Below the pieces are notes generated by a model, which saw only the letters and a list, made by a program, of their open reading frames with translations, made no database searches and had not been told where the DNA came from. The position numbers and the translations under genes are program-made. A stretch of 58,618 nucleotides of DNA, from positions 1 through 58,618 of the forward strand of contig JAHBMJ010000052.1 of the NCBI GenBank assembly GCA_018398765.1, given 5' to 3'. This DNA is from Chromera velia (taxonomy: Eukaryota). Positions 36,889 through 50,200 of the stretch are shown piece by piece. Positions within the stretch are counted from its first letter, which is position 1; every line of letters starts with the position of its first letter.

Positions 36889-39800
36889 GGGAAGGGAGAC
36901 AGTGAAATTCTGTCCTTTCTGCCGTTCCTTCTTTTAATTGGTCTGTCAGTCTTCCTACCTGTCTTCGCCTTGGGCAAAAAGAGAGATCGAGCGAGCGCGG
37001 ATACGGGTGGGGTCATGTTCGGAAGCGCGTAAGAAGAACGTATGGAGAAAGGCAACGAGACGAGATAAAAGGGCCGAGTTCGAATGCTTTTGTGTCTTGC
37101 TGGCTGAAGAGAGGTGCCGAGACCTCCCGATGGGGGGAGAAAAAGAAAAGAAACGAAGTTGGCCACATCAAAAAGACGTGGAAGTCCGAAAGCACAAAAA
37201 TATACTGGGGGAGGAGAGCTGCAGGGGCGGACGTCAGACCTCTGCCCTGCACCAAGTACTGACCGCCCGCCAAAGCCAAAATGACAGAGTAAAAGAGCAA
37301 AACCAGATGTGGTATGTGTGCCCATCTGTGTCTGTCATGCAGTCTGTCTTACATGAGAAAAGAAGCGGAGAAGGAAGAGAAGACACATTTCATGTGGAAG
37401 AGGAAGGAGGAAAAGAAGGAAGCAAAAACGGCAGAGAACGAGGAAAGCTCCGTTCATTTTGTCTGCCTGTCTGTCTTCCTTTCTCCCTGTGCATTTCATA
37501 CTGATATTTTCCGGACCTCTTTCTGAGTTTACGGATCGTTGATTTGTTTTTCATTTTGTCTTCTCTTTTTTCTGGTCTGCACATTACGCGAAGCGAATGG
37601 AAAGAAGATGAAGGGAGTTTGTAGATAAGCGAATAAAACAGAAGGAGAGGAAAAAGGAAAGGAAGCGAGAAGTAGCCGGAAAAGAAGAAGAACCATGCGT
37701 TGTCTCTTTGTTTGTATGACTGAATCGTCTATTTGTCTGTATGGCTGACTGACCGACCGACTGTGTCTATGTGTGTGCCTGTGATGTTCGTGTATGTCTG
37801 TTGAGGGATGCGCCTGACTGTCTGTGTTTGAACCTCTGTCGATCTGTCTGTCTGCCAGCCTATCTGCCTCCTATCTGTTCGGATATTTTTCTTGGTCCTC
37901 TGTTGGATTCCATCTGTGTGTGAATCGCAAACTCCCTTCAGGATTCTTTGATATTTTGCCCTGTTTCTCTCATCTTCTTTTTCATGCACTCCTTTTTTTA
38001 CGGTTGTCCCACCGCAGGTGCTTCAAAGAACAATGTCCGTACTCACACGATGAGACGGTCTTGGCACGGAAGCGGGTCAGTGAACGAGAACGGGTTTTGT
38101 TGTTATCTCTGTGACATCCACACTAGAGGTGGCGCATGTTTCCTCCGCATTTCGATGCTCCTCATGCTTAGTCATACTAGGACGCGGAAACGGGATTTTG
38201 ATGCCTTGACAGGCGAGTGACTTTTGGCGATTTCGAGTGAGTGTGTGGGGGGGTGGCGGGGGTGAGGAGAAGGGTGTATGTGAAAGGGTGCGTGTGTGTC
38301 ATGTTTCTGGAAGCGTGGTTACTTTGTTGCTTGTTTGGATCCAATTTGTTTCTGCGTGTCGACAAGTCCATGCATGTCTCTCTTCTGAATGCTTTCCTGC
38401 CGTGTGTAATTTCTGCAGATGAAACTTTGTGAGAATGGGCCGAAATCCAAGCCGTGCAGCAATCCCTATTGCGAGTGGTCTCACGAGCCCCAGCATCACC
38501 CCTGCCCCTATCACCACGCTTTTGGTGAGTCATTGGGTTCGTGCTATGTTCCACTTTGCGCGTTTGGTAGTATTTTAGAGTCTCTTCTCCGATGCTTCCT
38601 TATGTGGATACACATCCTGAATGAGTGAATGCAGGTGGCTGTTCACAGAATCCCTGTCGCTTCTCTCACAAGCCTCTGCCGGAGAGCTTCCACCGAACCT
38701 TATTCGTCAATTGGAACATTAAACACCTCCGCCATGCGAAGTCAGGAAAGAGTAAATGGGGGGACTGCTCCAACCATTGGTGGATTCCATTGTTGGAGCT
38801 GTGCGAGTCAGAAAGGGGCGTTTTGGAAGACGCCCTCGAGAGTTACAAAGCACAAATTGCTCAGCCGCAGCGAGAACAAGAAGCGCAGAAGGATGTTTCG
38901 TATATCTCTTGTACAGATGTGGGCTCACGAGGAGAGGAGCCGCGTCAAGAAGAAAGGCAAGCCCTTGCGCTCGGGTCCTTCGCGGGAAATGCGCGGGGGG
39001 GAAATTAAACCATCAAGGGGCAGAGCAAAGAGGCAGCGCTTCTTGCAAGCGGGGAGTCCAGATGCGATGGAGGGACAGAGGCAGGAAAGGTTGGGGTTCC
39101 CGTTGAAGGGGGAGGGGCAGAGGCAGGGTGGGAGGCAGATCACAGGTCTGAGCGAGAGGGTGCGGAATGTAGGAAGCAAGCAGGAGGATTTGTGTTGGAA
39201 GGGGAGGGAAGCGGGAGGGAGACAAATTGTGGGGGTGATGGGGTGGAGACGGGAAATGGAGTCACGAGAGACGTCGGAAACACTTCACAGGCGGTGGAGG
39301 ACGGGTGCAACCCAAAGGAAGTCCAGACGGGCGGGTCCACTCATCCAAACGGCATCCCTCAGGTGGGCAAGGGATCTTTCTGGCCCTGGGACTCGTTGAT
39401 TCAGCATACAGCGTTCAAGAGATAATGCAGTGTAGATTCTCGCCCCTGAGAAGCTGCTCTCAAAACCTGATGCAATTGTTATTGCGCTGATATATGGGAA
39501 ACTGTGCTTTCTCTTCTTGTGTGTGCAGCGCTCATGTGATCGGGAAAGAAGAGTTCGAACAACGGAACAACCAGAACGAGTGTCCTCTCATCGAGCGATG
39601 CGGGAGAACACAGGACCTCAGGCGGTAGGTCCCCTTTCGAATTCGTGCCGTTCATGTGGTGCACAGATCGGGCAAAAGTTAGCACACCCCTGGCACGGCG
39701 AAAGAAACGAAAATTTGCCGGTCTGCTCTTCCTCGGCTCGTTCGATGTGGAAATGAAGGGCAAAAGCGGTGTGGAAAATAGAACTCACAGAAGAAAAAAT

Positions 39801-42800
39801 CTCGTCAGATGCGCGCAAGCACGAATCCACTTTTGTTGAACAGTTGTTTTGTTTTCTTTTTAACGCTTCCATACCGGCCCGTCGCGCTCTTTTCTACTTT
39901 TTCCCTTTCCTCATTTCATTTCTTCGCCGTGTTGCAGTGTTTCTCTGTCCTCCATTTTCAGGAACAGTGAGGGCATGTACGATTTGTGTTTCGCTTTCAG
40001 TGAGCTGTCCGACGGTCTGGACGTCTGGCTAGTTTTTCGCAGTGAAGGTGAAAATTCGTCTCAGTGAAAGGCAACAGAGTCGAAAAGATTGCAGATCGAT
40101 GCATGACTTCCATGCGCACGATTTTACATGCAGACTGATGGGACGTCAAACGGCGTGTGCTTTGGAGAGATCCCTACTCACTCCATCGAAGGGGAAGCAC
40201 AAGCAAATCCCGAAGACAAAGTCAGTCAGGCAACTTGCGAGGGACTGCTGATGACGTTTCCGGATGTAGGATCCGTGACAGCAGAATCCTCGAAAGTCTT
40301 GTTCCGCAAATCCTTTCACAACGACAACTTTGCGTCTATCCTCCTGGCAAACTCCAGGAACAGCTCATTCTACTCTTTGCATATGTCGCACTTTTTGACT
40401 GTCCTCTCGCTTCATTCCTCTTGCAGAAGCCGGCTCCACCTGGCGAAGTTCCGTTGCTCGGGCGGCCTCGCTGCTTTGCCTTCCATGCACTTGGTCAGTT
40501 TTCCCTGTTCCTCTCTCCTTTTCCAGTGCTGCTCCGGTCACTTGCTATCATGCGAAAACATGCGAAAAATTGTTTTGTGCGTGCAGGCAAATGCGATGTT
40601 ACGGGGTGCAACACCGGATGTAGCTACAGTCACTCGCCCTTGACTTCCGCGTCCCAGCTGAAGGTCTTCGTCCAGGCGCACAAGCCAAGCCTCGAGGCGA
40701 CACTCAAAAACTCTCAACAGGGCGCTATCCAAACCACCGTTCGCAGATGGTGGGGGCCTCTGCTCTCCCAAGCAGAAGAGGCCAACAGCAAGCGAGACCG
40801 TGCAACACACCTTTACCAACAGTTCATCCACACCTTATCACAAAACCCGCGGAATGGGTCTACTTCACACACCTCACAGCCCCCCTCTCACAGTTTGACG
40901 AATGTCCAGGTACCTCCACGGAACCTTCCCCATACAGCAGAGAACCGCCAGATGGACAGCCCGAGTATCTGGGATCAGCAGGGATTCGGAGTCCCGCAAC
41001 CGCCGGGCATTCGCGGTGAATCTTCTAATCCAGCAGAGTTTCCATACGGTCTGGGCCCTCAGGGCTTGCCACAGCAATCCGCTGGCCTCCAGCCTCCCCG
41101 TCTACCCGCACTTGGGGGCCTTCTGCCGTGTAGACCCAGGCCGACATTCAGTGCCCCTGCACCAAGACATCACGAAAGTCTGGCCGAGTCGGCGTCTTTT
41201 TTCCATTCCGGGCGGCATTTTTGTGAGCACCAGACTCCTGCCGATGCCTTCCAACCCCCGCTCGCGTCAAGCCTGCAGATGCCAGCAGTGGCATCAGTCC
41301 CATTCATGAATGAACGGAAAGAGGCAGAGGTTCATCCGCAGTCTCTGTCCACTTCTGTGCCTCCTTCGGCGAATTTTTGCGTCACCCATCGTAGTGCAGA
41401 CCCAGTGGGGGGTACAGGGGGCCCCACAAAATGTCGTCGAATCGGGGAACGTCCTTCAGCGACGGATCCATTCCAACCGTCCCTCCCCGGCTTCGTCGGA
41501 AGTCCGGTCCATGAAGCATTCCCAGTTTTGCATCAATCTTTTCACTGCCGACCCCACCTTCCAAGCCAGACGTTGCTCACTGATTCTGCTTTCACGGGAC
41601 CCATGAGTCCGGAGGTGGGACCGCTTCAGTGCAGCAGATCCTTCAAGCCCGACAGGGAAATTGTCCGCCAATGCAGGCTCGACCTTGTCCCCCGCCCCCC
41701 ATGACACAGCCAGCTCAGTCAAGCCCTGCTCAACGCCAACAGCGCTCCACGTTTTGTGAAAGCCAGAGAGAAGAAGAGAGGGATTGGCCAGAGAGACAGA
41801 GACGGTGGGAGAGAGATGACAGTGGTCATGGTGTCCGTGGTCAGAGAGAAGAAGAGAGGGATTGGCAAAACAGAGAGAGACGGTGGGAGAGAGATGAGAG
41901 TGGTCATGGTGTCCGTGGTCAGAGAGAAGAAGAGAGGGATTGGCAAAACAGAGAGAGACGGTGGGAGAGAGATGACAGTGGTCATGGTGTTCGTGGTCAG
42001 AGAGAAGAAGAGAGGGATTGGCCAGAGGGACAGAGACGGTGGGAGAGAGGTGAGAGTGGTCATGGTGCCCGTGCTCAGAGAGAAGAAGAGAGGGATTGGC
42101 AAAACAGAGAGAGACGGTGGGAGAGAGATGAGAGTGGTTATGGTGTCCGTGGCCAGAGAGAAGAAGAGAGGGATTGGCCAGAGGGACAGAGACGGTGGGA
42201 GAGAGATGAGAGTGGTCATGGTGTGCGTGGTCAGAGAGAAGAGAGGGATTGGCAAAACAGAGAGAGGCGGTGGGAGAGAGATGAGAGTGGTCATGGTGTC
42301 CGTGGTCAGAGAGAAGAAGAGAGGGATTGGCAAAACAGAGAGAGACGGTGGGAGAGAGATGAGAGTGGTCATGGTGTCCGTGGTCAGAGAGAAGAAGAGA
42401 GGGATTGGCCAGAGGGACAGAGACGGTGGGAGAGAGATGAGAGTGGTCATGGTGTTCGTGGTCAGAGAGAAGAAGAGAGGGATTGGCCAGAGGGACAGAG
42501 ACGGTGGGAGAGAGGTGAGAGTGGTCATGGTGCCCGTGCTCAGAGAGAAGAAGAGAGGGATTGGCAAAACAGAGAGAGACGGTGGGAGAGAGATGAGAGT
42601 GGTTATGGTGTCCGTGGCCAGAGAGAAGAAGAGAGGGATTGGCCAGAGGGACAGAGACGGTGGGAGAGAGGTCAGAGTGGTCATGGTGTGCGTGCTCAGA
42701 GAGAAGAAGAGAGGGATTGGCCAGAGGGACAGAGACGGTGGGAGAGAGATGAGAGTGGTCATGGTGTTCGTGGTCAGAGAGAAGAAGAGAGGGATTGGCC

Positions 42801-43239
42801 AGAGGGACAGAGACGGTGGGAGAGAGATGAGAGTGGTTATGGTGTGCGTGCTCAGAGAGAAGAAGAGAGGGATTGGCCAGAGGGACAGAGACGGTGGGAG
42901 AGAGATGAGAGTGGTCATGGTGTGCGTGGCCAGAGAGAAGAAGAGAGGGATTGGCCAGAGGGACAGAGCCAGTGCGAGATGAACAGGCACAGCGCGGGGG
43001 ACGAGTTTCAGCCGACGGGACTGAGGGGTGTCCCTTTGCGGGGGAGGGGTCCGGGACGGGTCGGGCGTGGGCTTTCACGGGAAAACTTTTCCCGCTTCGA
43101 GCCCTGGGACGGAGGGATGCAAAGAGCATGTGATGATCGACACAATCATGTGGTTCGTGACAGAGACCATGATCGGTCACGGTCTCGAAGCTGGGGGCGT
43201 CGGCCATCTCTCCGAAGACGCGGGCATTTGCGTCAATAG
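35335..43239 (+). CDS. Multi-CCCH zinc-finger, probably RNA-binding, protein with a C-terminal charged tandem repeat and an RS-like tail, multi-exon
   Basis: Splicing 35335-35374, 35443-35518 and 38018-... gives LPCEVHRRGK|CFKEQCPYSH (C-x7-C-x4-C-x3-H across a 2.5-kb intron). Further fingers are CENGPKSKPCSNPYCEWSH, CPYHHAF|GGCSQNPCRFSH and CFAFHAL|GKCDVTGCNTGCSYSH. It ends ...RDRDHDRSRSRSWGRR. Middle exons (about 38.9-40.4 kb) and the join near 41.5-41.6 kb are uncertain, so it could be two genes. Confidence 0.7.
41764..42968 (+). repeat. Coding 78-bp (26-aa) tandem repeat, 15 full copies plus a partial one
   Basis: QREEERDW(PEGQ/QNRE)RRWERDESGHGVRG. The Val codon varies GTC/GTT/GTG between copies, which is synonymous in this frame, and the only length variant is a 3-bp deletion. 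Confidence 0.9.
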
Positions 43240-45507
43240 CCCTACAATACGTGTAAATACGTTTAGCAAATTAATAGCAATACGCTCGTTAACAGCCACT
43301 ACGCAATAGACTGGTAGCTAGGATATTTAAAGTGCATGATTGAGGCAGTATCGCAGATGTGGGACAACATACATTTTGATTGATTGATTGATTGATATGT
43401 TCCACCCTAGGGCCTTCCCGCTATGTCTATCTGTCATTTTAACTCGGCCTCGTTACGGCCGGTCCTCGTGATTAAAATTCTTTTTAAAAAGTCAAAAATC
43501 TTCATTTCTTATGGATATGGATATAAGAATTGCATGTGTTTAATCATTAAAATGTCTCTATATTAGTTTATAATGACTTTTGACTACTTTTGACGATCTA
43601 TATAGGTTTGAACTAAAATTTGAAATTATAAACACAAACATTCGGAGGGCCAGGGGAATGCTGGGGGACTCGGAGTGTAGGATTCAGCTGGAAGCTAGGC
43701 TAGGAGGAAGGAGGAATCGGCAGCGCGCTGGTCAATTATCATTGTATGTCATGCCCCGTGGTTGGCCAGAGCCTAAGTGGTGGGTCACCAGCTTTTAACC
43801 GCCTTAATTCAATTCAAATTCAATCACAGAAGGATATAAGAAGTGTTGTATGCCGCTGTGATGTCGTATGGTGTGTCCTACATCGTCCTACACAGTGGTT
43901 CTGACATGCCCCGGCCAGGCACCTCGCCCACGCACTGGCATGTGCAGGCATGGGGGCCACGGCTGGATCAACCCTGAACGGCAGAATAATTGCTTCTGCT
44001 TGCTCTTCACTCAGATCGATCCACACTGGTTAAAACATGGTTGAAACTTCTTTTCAAACTCTTTTAGCCCTATATCTGACAGTCCTTAGACTTAATACAG
44101 CCGATGCATCTCCATTCGTTATGTGACCCTATACGTAGGCTGCTAGCCTTGAACACATCAAGAAGTGACTAACATCCCTCAACGGCACAACAAGGCCTTC
44201 AAAGAGAGGAAAGTGAACCTAGTGTGAAGTCAAACACTAGGTCAAACGACGAGAAGAGGTAAACCGTAAGCTAGTGTGTATGCTCCAAGTTTTTTTAAAT
44301 TCTCCGGTAAATTCTTCTTCTAGCTGTATAAGTGTTTCCCCGCCGTCACAATGGTTTAATCTTGACTATAATCTCGATATTATCTTGTTCACATTATATT
44401 TTTTAAATAATCATTTATATTCATTGAGTCATCCATTCATTCTTCAAGTCATTTATATTCATTCATCTATTATTATAGCTATATATTAATATATATTCAT
44501 ACATTGCATGATTCTCTACTTTCTATATATCGAGTGAAGCAACTTGAACCTAATTTCCATGATATCATGTGATTCACTAGGTGATCCACTCATATCCGAA
44601 TGAGATGATTTTGACTCTTGAGATCTGTACGATGCGAAAAAGCAGCCGTCTATGCAAACGCATAGGGCAATCGGTTCGTTGAAAATATGGCAGCATGCCA
44701 AGCATGCCTCTAAAATGGTTTACGATATGTCGACGATGAATTCACAGCAACAGCCCTCTGCGCTGCTCTGCGTACCGCAAGCCACAAGCCACATTGCACG
44801 CGGGCCCAAACTTTTTTCTCTGCAAAGCTCGGAAACATTAACAGATCGAAGAGCTGCACAGTGTTGACACTCATGATACAATCAAGTTGTCGTTCATCAT
44901 TCATCTCGCCTGCTTACAGGGCAGCTGTGCTCCCCACCCATCTGGCATCGTACGTCTGCGGGTTTCCTGGTGCATCTGCACATGCAGTGATGTTGCTTGT
45001 TGACTTTCAATAGGGCTCCCTCCGTTGCTTTCCCCTTTCCCATCCCCCTTTCCCTTTTCCTTCCCTGATTCTGGTGTACGTGCCGACCTTTCCCTTTTGT
45101 CTGTTTTCTCCTTTTCTGGCGTGCGACGAACAAGGCGGCAATGATGGAGTGGAAGAGTTCCGGTCTACACAGGTCCGCCTGTTTGTGTATACAGAGAAAG
45201 ACAAAGGGAAAATAGAGAGGACAGAAGGACAATCAATTTAAGGCGTCACGTCCGCGGGGAAGGGACGCAGCGCGAGTGAGCAGACTTATTGACTGAACCA
45301 AAAAGGCGGACTGGGAGGCAGTTGGCGGGGGAGGGGGGGGGAGGAGGGGGAAGAGTCTGAGGAAAGGAGACGCCATGCACAGCTGTTACTTTCCCTCCTT
45401 TCCTTTCCTTCTCTCCACTACAGCTCTCCTCCTTCCTTCCTTCCTTCCCTTCAGCTTGATTTTTCTTCGTCTCCGCTTTTCTCCTGTGAAATGGGAGAGG
45501 CGGGCAC

Positions 45508-45545
<38 letters not shown>

Positions 45546-47205
45546 ACACGCACACACATCCACACAGTCTCGGGCACACATACGTCGGAAAGAAAGGGAG
45601 AGAGAGGGGCTCTTTCCCCTCGTCTCTCGAAAGACAGAAGAAACAAAGAAAGAAAGAAACTCCATTGAACAAATTGCAGGGAGGGAAGGATGTACACGAA
45701 CGAGCTGGAGAGAAGAGGGAAATGAGGCCAAGAGAAAGCCTAGAAGAAGATTAAAGGATTCAAAGAAAAGAAGAAAGACAAAAAGAAAGGGAGAAACAGA
45801 GAAAGAAAAAGAAGACAACATACGGAGAGGAATTCAGAACTAAAGGGGGAAGAGAAGGGAGGGGAAGGGAGGGAATGCGAGCAAACGGGGGCAAATAAAA
45901 AGAGAAGAGGTCGAAGCAACACAGAATGAACGGAAGAAGACAAGAAGAGAGACTGAAAAAACGCACACCGGCCTCACACATATGCAACACACGCTTGCTG
46001 GCCGGATCGAGACATACATGCACTCTCATTTATTCTTTCACTCAGTGACTCACAAAACCAAGACGGACGAGACAATGGAGAGCTGCCTTCTCCCTTCCTC
46101 CTCACAACCACCTTCCTTCCAAAACCTCCATCCATCCATCCTCTTCTTAGAAACCACTCTCCCGAACAGTCCGGTCAGGTTGGGTTATAGGGATGACTCT
46201 CTGCGGATTTCCTCCCTCCCCGTGGTGGTCTCTCTGTCCTCATCTGATCTTCATTCGTGACTCGGTCTCCCGTCTCCCTTCCACCACCCCCGCCATCACC
46301 AAACAAACGGGTAGAAGAACTTCGCAAGGAGACCCACCCATACCAACGTGAGGACAAGACAAGACAAAACACCTCCTGCCTGCCTGCCATTCCTCTCCCC
46401 TCCACGCCCCTCTCCTCTACCCTCCAACCCCAGGCCGGCCCTCCTCGACTGCCGAAAAGACTCCCTTCCCTTCCCTTCCCTTCCCTTCACAGGGCAGATA
46501 CCTCAAGGGGGGCCGGGCATAGGGACAAAGAAGCAATCAAACAAAGAACCAAAGCGAAAAGTGTCACCATGCATGCAGGCATTCACAAAGTAAGGATGTC
46601 AGTCAGATCGCCGATCGATGCACACACGCAACAACCACTACTCCTGCCGGCCGTCCAGTCATGCAGTCAGTCAAATGGTCTGACAGTCGTTGTCGGTGGA
46701 GAGGGATCACCTGAGCAGGAAGGACAGCCGCCTGACTTAATTCACTTGACTCACAACAACGGACGCACCAGAAAGGAAAAAAATTCGGAAAGGAAAGGAA
46801 GAAAAGAGAAAAAAAAAACAGGCGGAAAAAACAGTGAAGACAAAGAAGCAAACAAAATCAAGGGGAAGATAAATAAATAGGAAGAGACATCTGTCCTGTT
46901 TGTTTCGTTGTTACCCTTCCCCCCCCCTCCTGACCAAACACCCACTGCACACACAGGCAGGCCCACACGACCCCCATCCTTCTTTCCTTCCTTGCACACA
47001 TTCTCCCCACGAACTTTGAAATGGTGACTGAGTGGCTACTGCAGTTCAAGTTAATGCCGAAAAGACAGAAGCCAAACTGTCCGTAATACCTGCCCCCTTC
47101 ACTCTCACCAACAGAAACCCATTGTCCCCGTTCCCTCCCCCACAATCAGGTTTTATTTCCCACTCGACTACCCACGCAGTAGAACAGCAACTGATGGATA
47201 TTAAT

Positions 47206-50200
47206 TCAGAAATGGAAGAACGCTTTCTGGAGCGCGTTATCGCACACAGAGGGCGTAGGTGCTCTCCCCCTGCTCAGCATCTGCTGTTGTTGTTGGCTCT
47301 TCTGAGTACAACACGAGCAGGGTGTGATCATGTTCACGTACGCCCTCATCAGGGTTCCCTGCAGCCACCATCCATCCGTCTTTTCATCTATTCATTCATT
47401 CATTCATTCATTCATTCACTGACTCAATCATTTTCTCATTCATTCATTCATTCACTCATCTGTCTATCCACTCATTTGTCGATCTATCCATCCATCCCAC
47501 CAACAGGGCAACCGACAAACCAACCGACCGATCCAAAGAGCAAGCAAGTAAGCAAAGCAGCTCGAAGGAAAAGGAACGGCACGGTATACAAGAGGATGAA
47601 GGAATGGTGAGAGAGCAGGAGGAAACAGATGGGAAAATTGGTGACAAGGTGAAATAAAAGAGCAAGAAGCGATAGCAAAAGGACAACAAAAACAGAGAAG
47701 CCAGAACCCGACAAGGAAGAAGGAGCAAAAACACTCACACGATCATTCGCAGGCCAGAGAGAGAGGCAGGACAGACAGACGGACCGACCTGAATCTCCAT
47801 GAAGCTGTAAGTCGGTCGTCCCACGTTGTTCTTCGGTTGGAGAGGGTCTTGGATGTGAATTTGGGCGCCGTCTGCGTGTCCCCCAAGCGGGAGAAGAGAG
47901 AAAAAAGGGCACGGAAGCCGCGTGCGCGCTGCCTCCAACACCACCTGCGCCCCCCCCGGCCCCCCCCGGTTCCTTTCTGTCCCTGCAGCTTCTGACCTTC
48001 CGTCATCGGTTTCGGGTCTCTGCGATGCTGCTGCGGTTCCTGTCGGGGGCGGCTGAGCCGGGGGACCCCCAGATGATGCAGGTGCGGCTGCGGGGGTCTG
48101 CCTGCCGGGTGTTGTCTGAGGAGCAGTCTGGCCGTTCCACCCAGGCATCCTCATCTCCATCCCTGTCGATCCTGCCCCAATGTGCGTGCCCGCAGGCATC
48201 GGCACAAGCTTCATCCCCGACTTCTTCTTTACCGCTGCTATGGCACTTTTCGGAACCTCAGAAGCTCCAGATTCAGAAACGGTTGCCTGGGCGTGTCGGG
48301 CCAGGGAAGCCGCAACGGACTCACCCGCAGGGCCTGCAGCAGCAGATGCCGGGGTGGTCAGAGGCGTGATGGAGGAAGCGGCAGAGACGGCCCGGGCAGC
48401 CGTGCCCTGCTGTTGCGTGTCTGCTTCAGCCAGGGCGGCGTTGCGTGCGGCTGCGTGCGCCTCCAGGTAGGCCCTCCACTCCCTGTTGTCGGGCTGGAGG
48501 ACCCGGATGCCCATGCACGCGACGTTGAAGGAGCTCACAGGGTTCTGCATGTGCTCCAACCGGACTGAGGCGCCGCATGGCACGGGGATGCAGCCGTAAA
48601 AAGCCAAAAGGCTCAACAGCTGGCAGCCTGCAGGTACCAGCAGCAAACAAGCACGTGCACAAATCAATACACAGATTCGTTTGGTAAGCAATCGATCAAC
48701 AAAAAGATGCAGTGGGTACTTTAAGGAAGAGACAAACTGCAGATTAGGCAGAAGACACATTGTAAGCAAGCGCGCAACAACTTCCCGCAGCCAACGACTG
48801 AAAGAACGAAGAAGAGAGGCGAAAGCAAGTTTGATGGATGGAAGGAAGGGAGGAACGGAATCGAAGGAGGAAGGGAAGAGTGAGCAATCCCCCCATCTAC
48901 CCATCTATCGATCTACCCACACACCCACCCGGGTCATCTGAGAATCCGTACAGCGAGGGCGTTTGCAAAAATGCGACAACCATCAAGACAAGCGCGTACG
49001 AGGAGAGGCCTCCTTGGTATGGTTTGTTCTGCCCTCTCAAATAGAGCAGGTGTTTGAGAACAAGAACCAGAGGTCGCAATGTCGGCAGCAGTTGGCAGTA
49101 CTCCTGCAGATAGGAGAAAAGAAAAAAAAAAACAGAAAGAACCCTTCCGTTCGTAGGCGACCCGTGAGGGGGAGACAGGAACGAAGAAAGACGGAAGACG
49201 AAAAAAAAAAAAAAAGAAGGCAAAGGGACAGAGGGAAAGAGCAGCTGGCTCCTCACGAAGAACAACTCCCCTTCGACTGCAGAATCACATCTGAAGGGGC
49301 GGAACGAATCCAGAAAACAGACTGGAAACGGGCACAAGAAAACAACAGACACAGGCAACCCTGCAGGCGCTTTACCTCCAGGGCATTCAATTTCGATGCC
49401 TTCTGTGAGTCTGTCTTCTGAGCCCCAATTAAGCATTCAACCACCTAGCCGACGGACCTTGAGGAGTCGTGCAGCCTGCACGCCCATGTGTTCACTGTCT
49501 TGGATGGAAATGTCCACCTGTGTCAGCATGGGCGGCATGTTCGCTGCAGCTTCGTCCTCTGGCCCTGCCCCTGGCCACATGGGTCTCGCTGGGTGTTTGA
49601 GGATGTGCTCTGTCTGGATTGTCAGGATGGGCATGCGGGCAGGGATGAAGTACATGTCCTTGATCCAGTCCTTCAACCTCTTCAGATTTGGGGAGGCGTT
49701 GGACTTCGGCGCCTTTGGCTGCAGTAGGCGGAGGGTGAGAAAGGAAGGAAGGAAGGAAACGCGATAGCAGGAGGGATACTGGGGCGGTGGAGAGAGGAAG
49801 TGGAAGTAGATTCTAGGCGGAGACTAGAGAAAGCAAACAAACGTGCTGGAGGACCTGCCGTGAAGGAAACTGAAGGAAGGACTGATGCAATGACTGCGTG
49901 GCAACCGGATTTTTGAATCAGATACTTGAGACAGCATGACACAGACAAACAGACAGAGTCAGCCGAGCAAATTCATTCATCCATCCGAGTGATCCATCCC
50001 GCCATCATGCAATGCAAGTAAGTCCGAGCTCGACTGACATCCAGCCATGCAGAGACTTGGAGAAGAAGGTCCCTCCTGAAGTCGGGATGGTTCTGCAACT
50101 TCTTCGGCACATTCTGAATGGCCAAGTCGACATCCGACCAAGGAAGGTAGAGGTTCGTCTCGAAGGAACCAAAAGGACGCACAACCACGTTCCCCGCATG

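Noticed and set aside
41500..41704. Programmed frameshift between ORFs 40157..41704 and 41629..43239
   Set aside because: No slippery heptamer is evident, and a pyrimidine-rich stretch with candidate acceptors (ttcag/tgcag at 41625-41634) makes an ordinary intron the simpler explanation. RNA-seq is needed.
41456..43207. Antisense 583-aa His-rich and 423-aa ORFs, and the alternative + frame, over the 78-bp repeat
   Set aside because: These are shadows of a stop-poor repeat with unit length divisible by 3; synonymous variation favours the QREEERDW frame.
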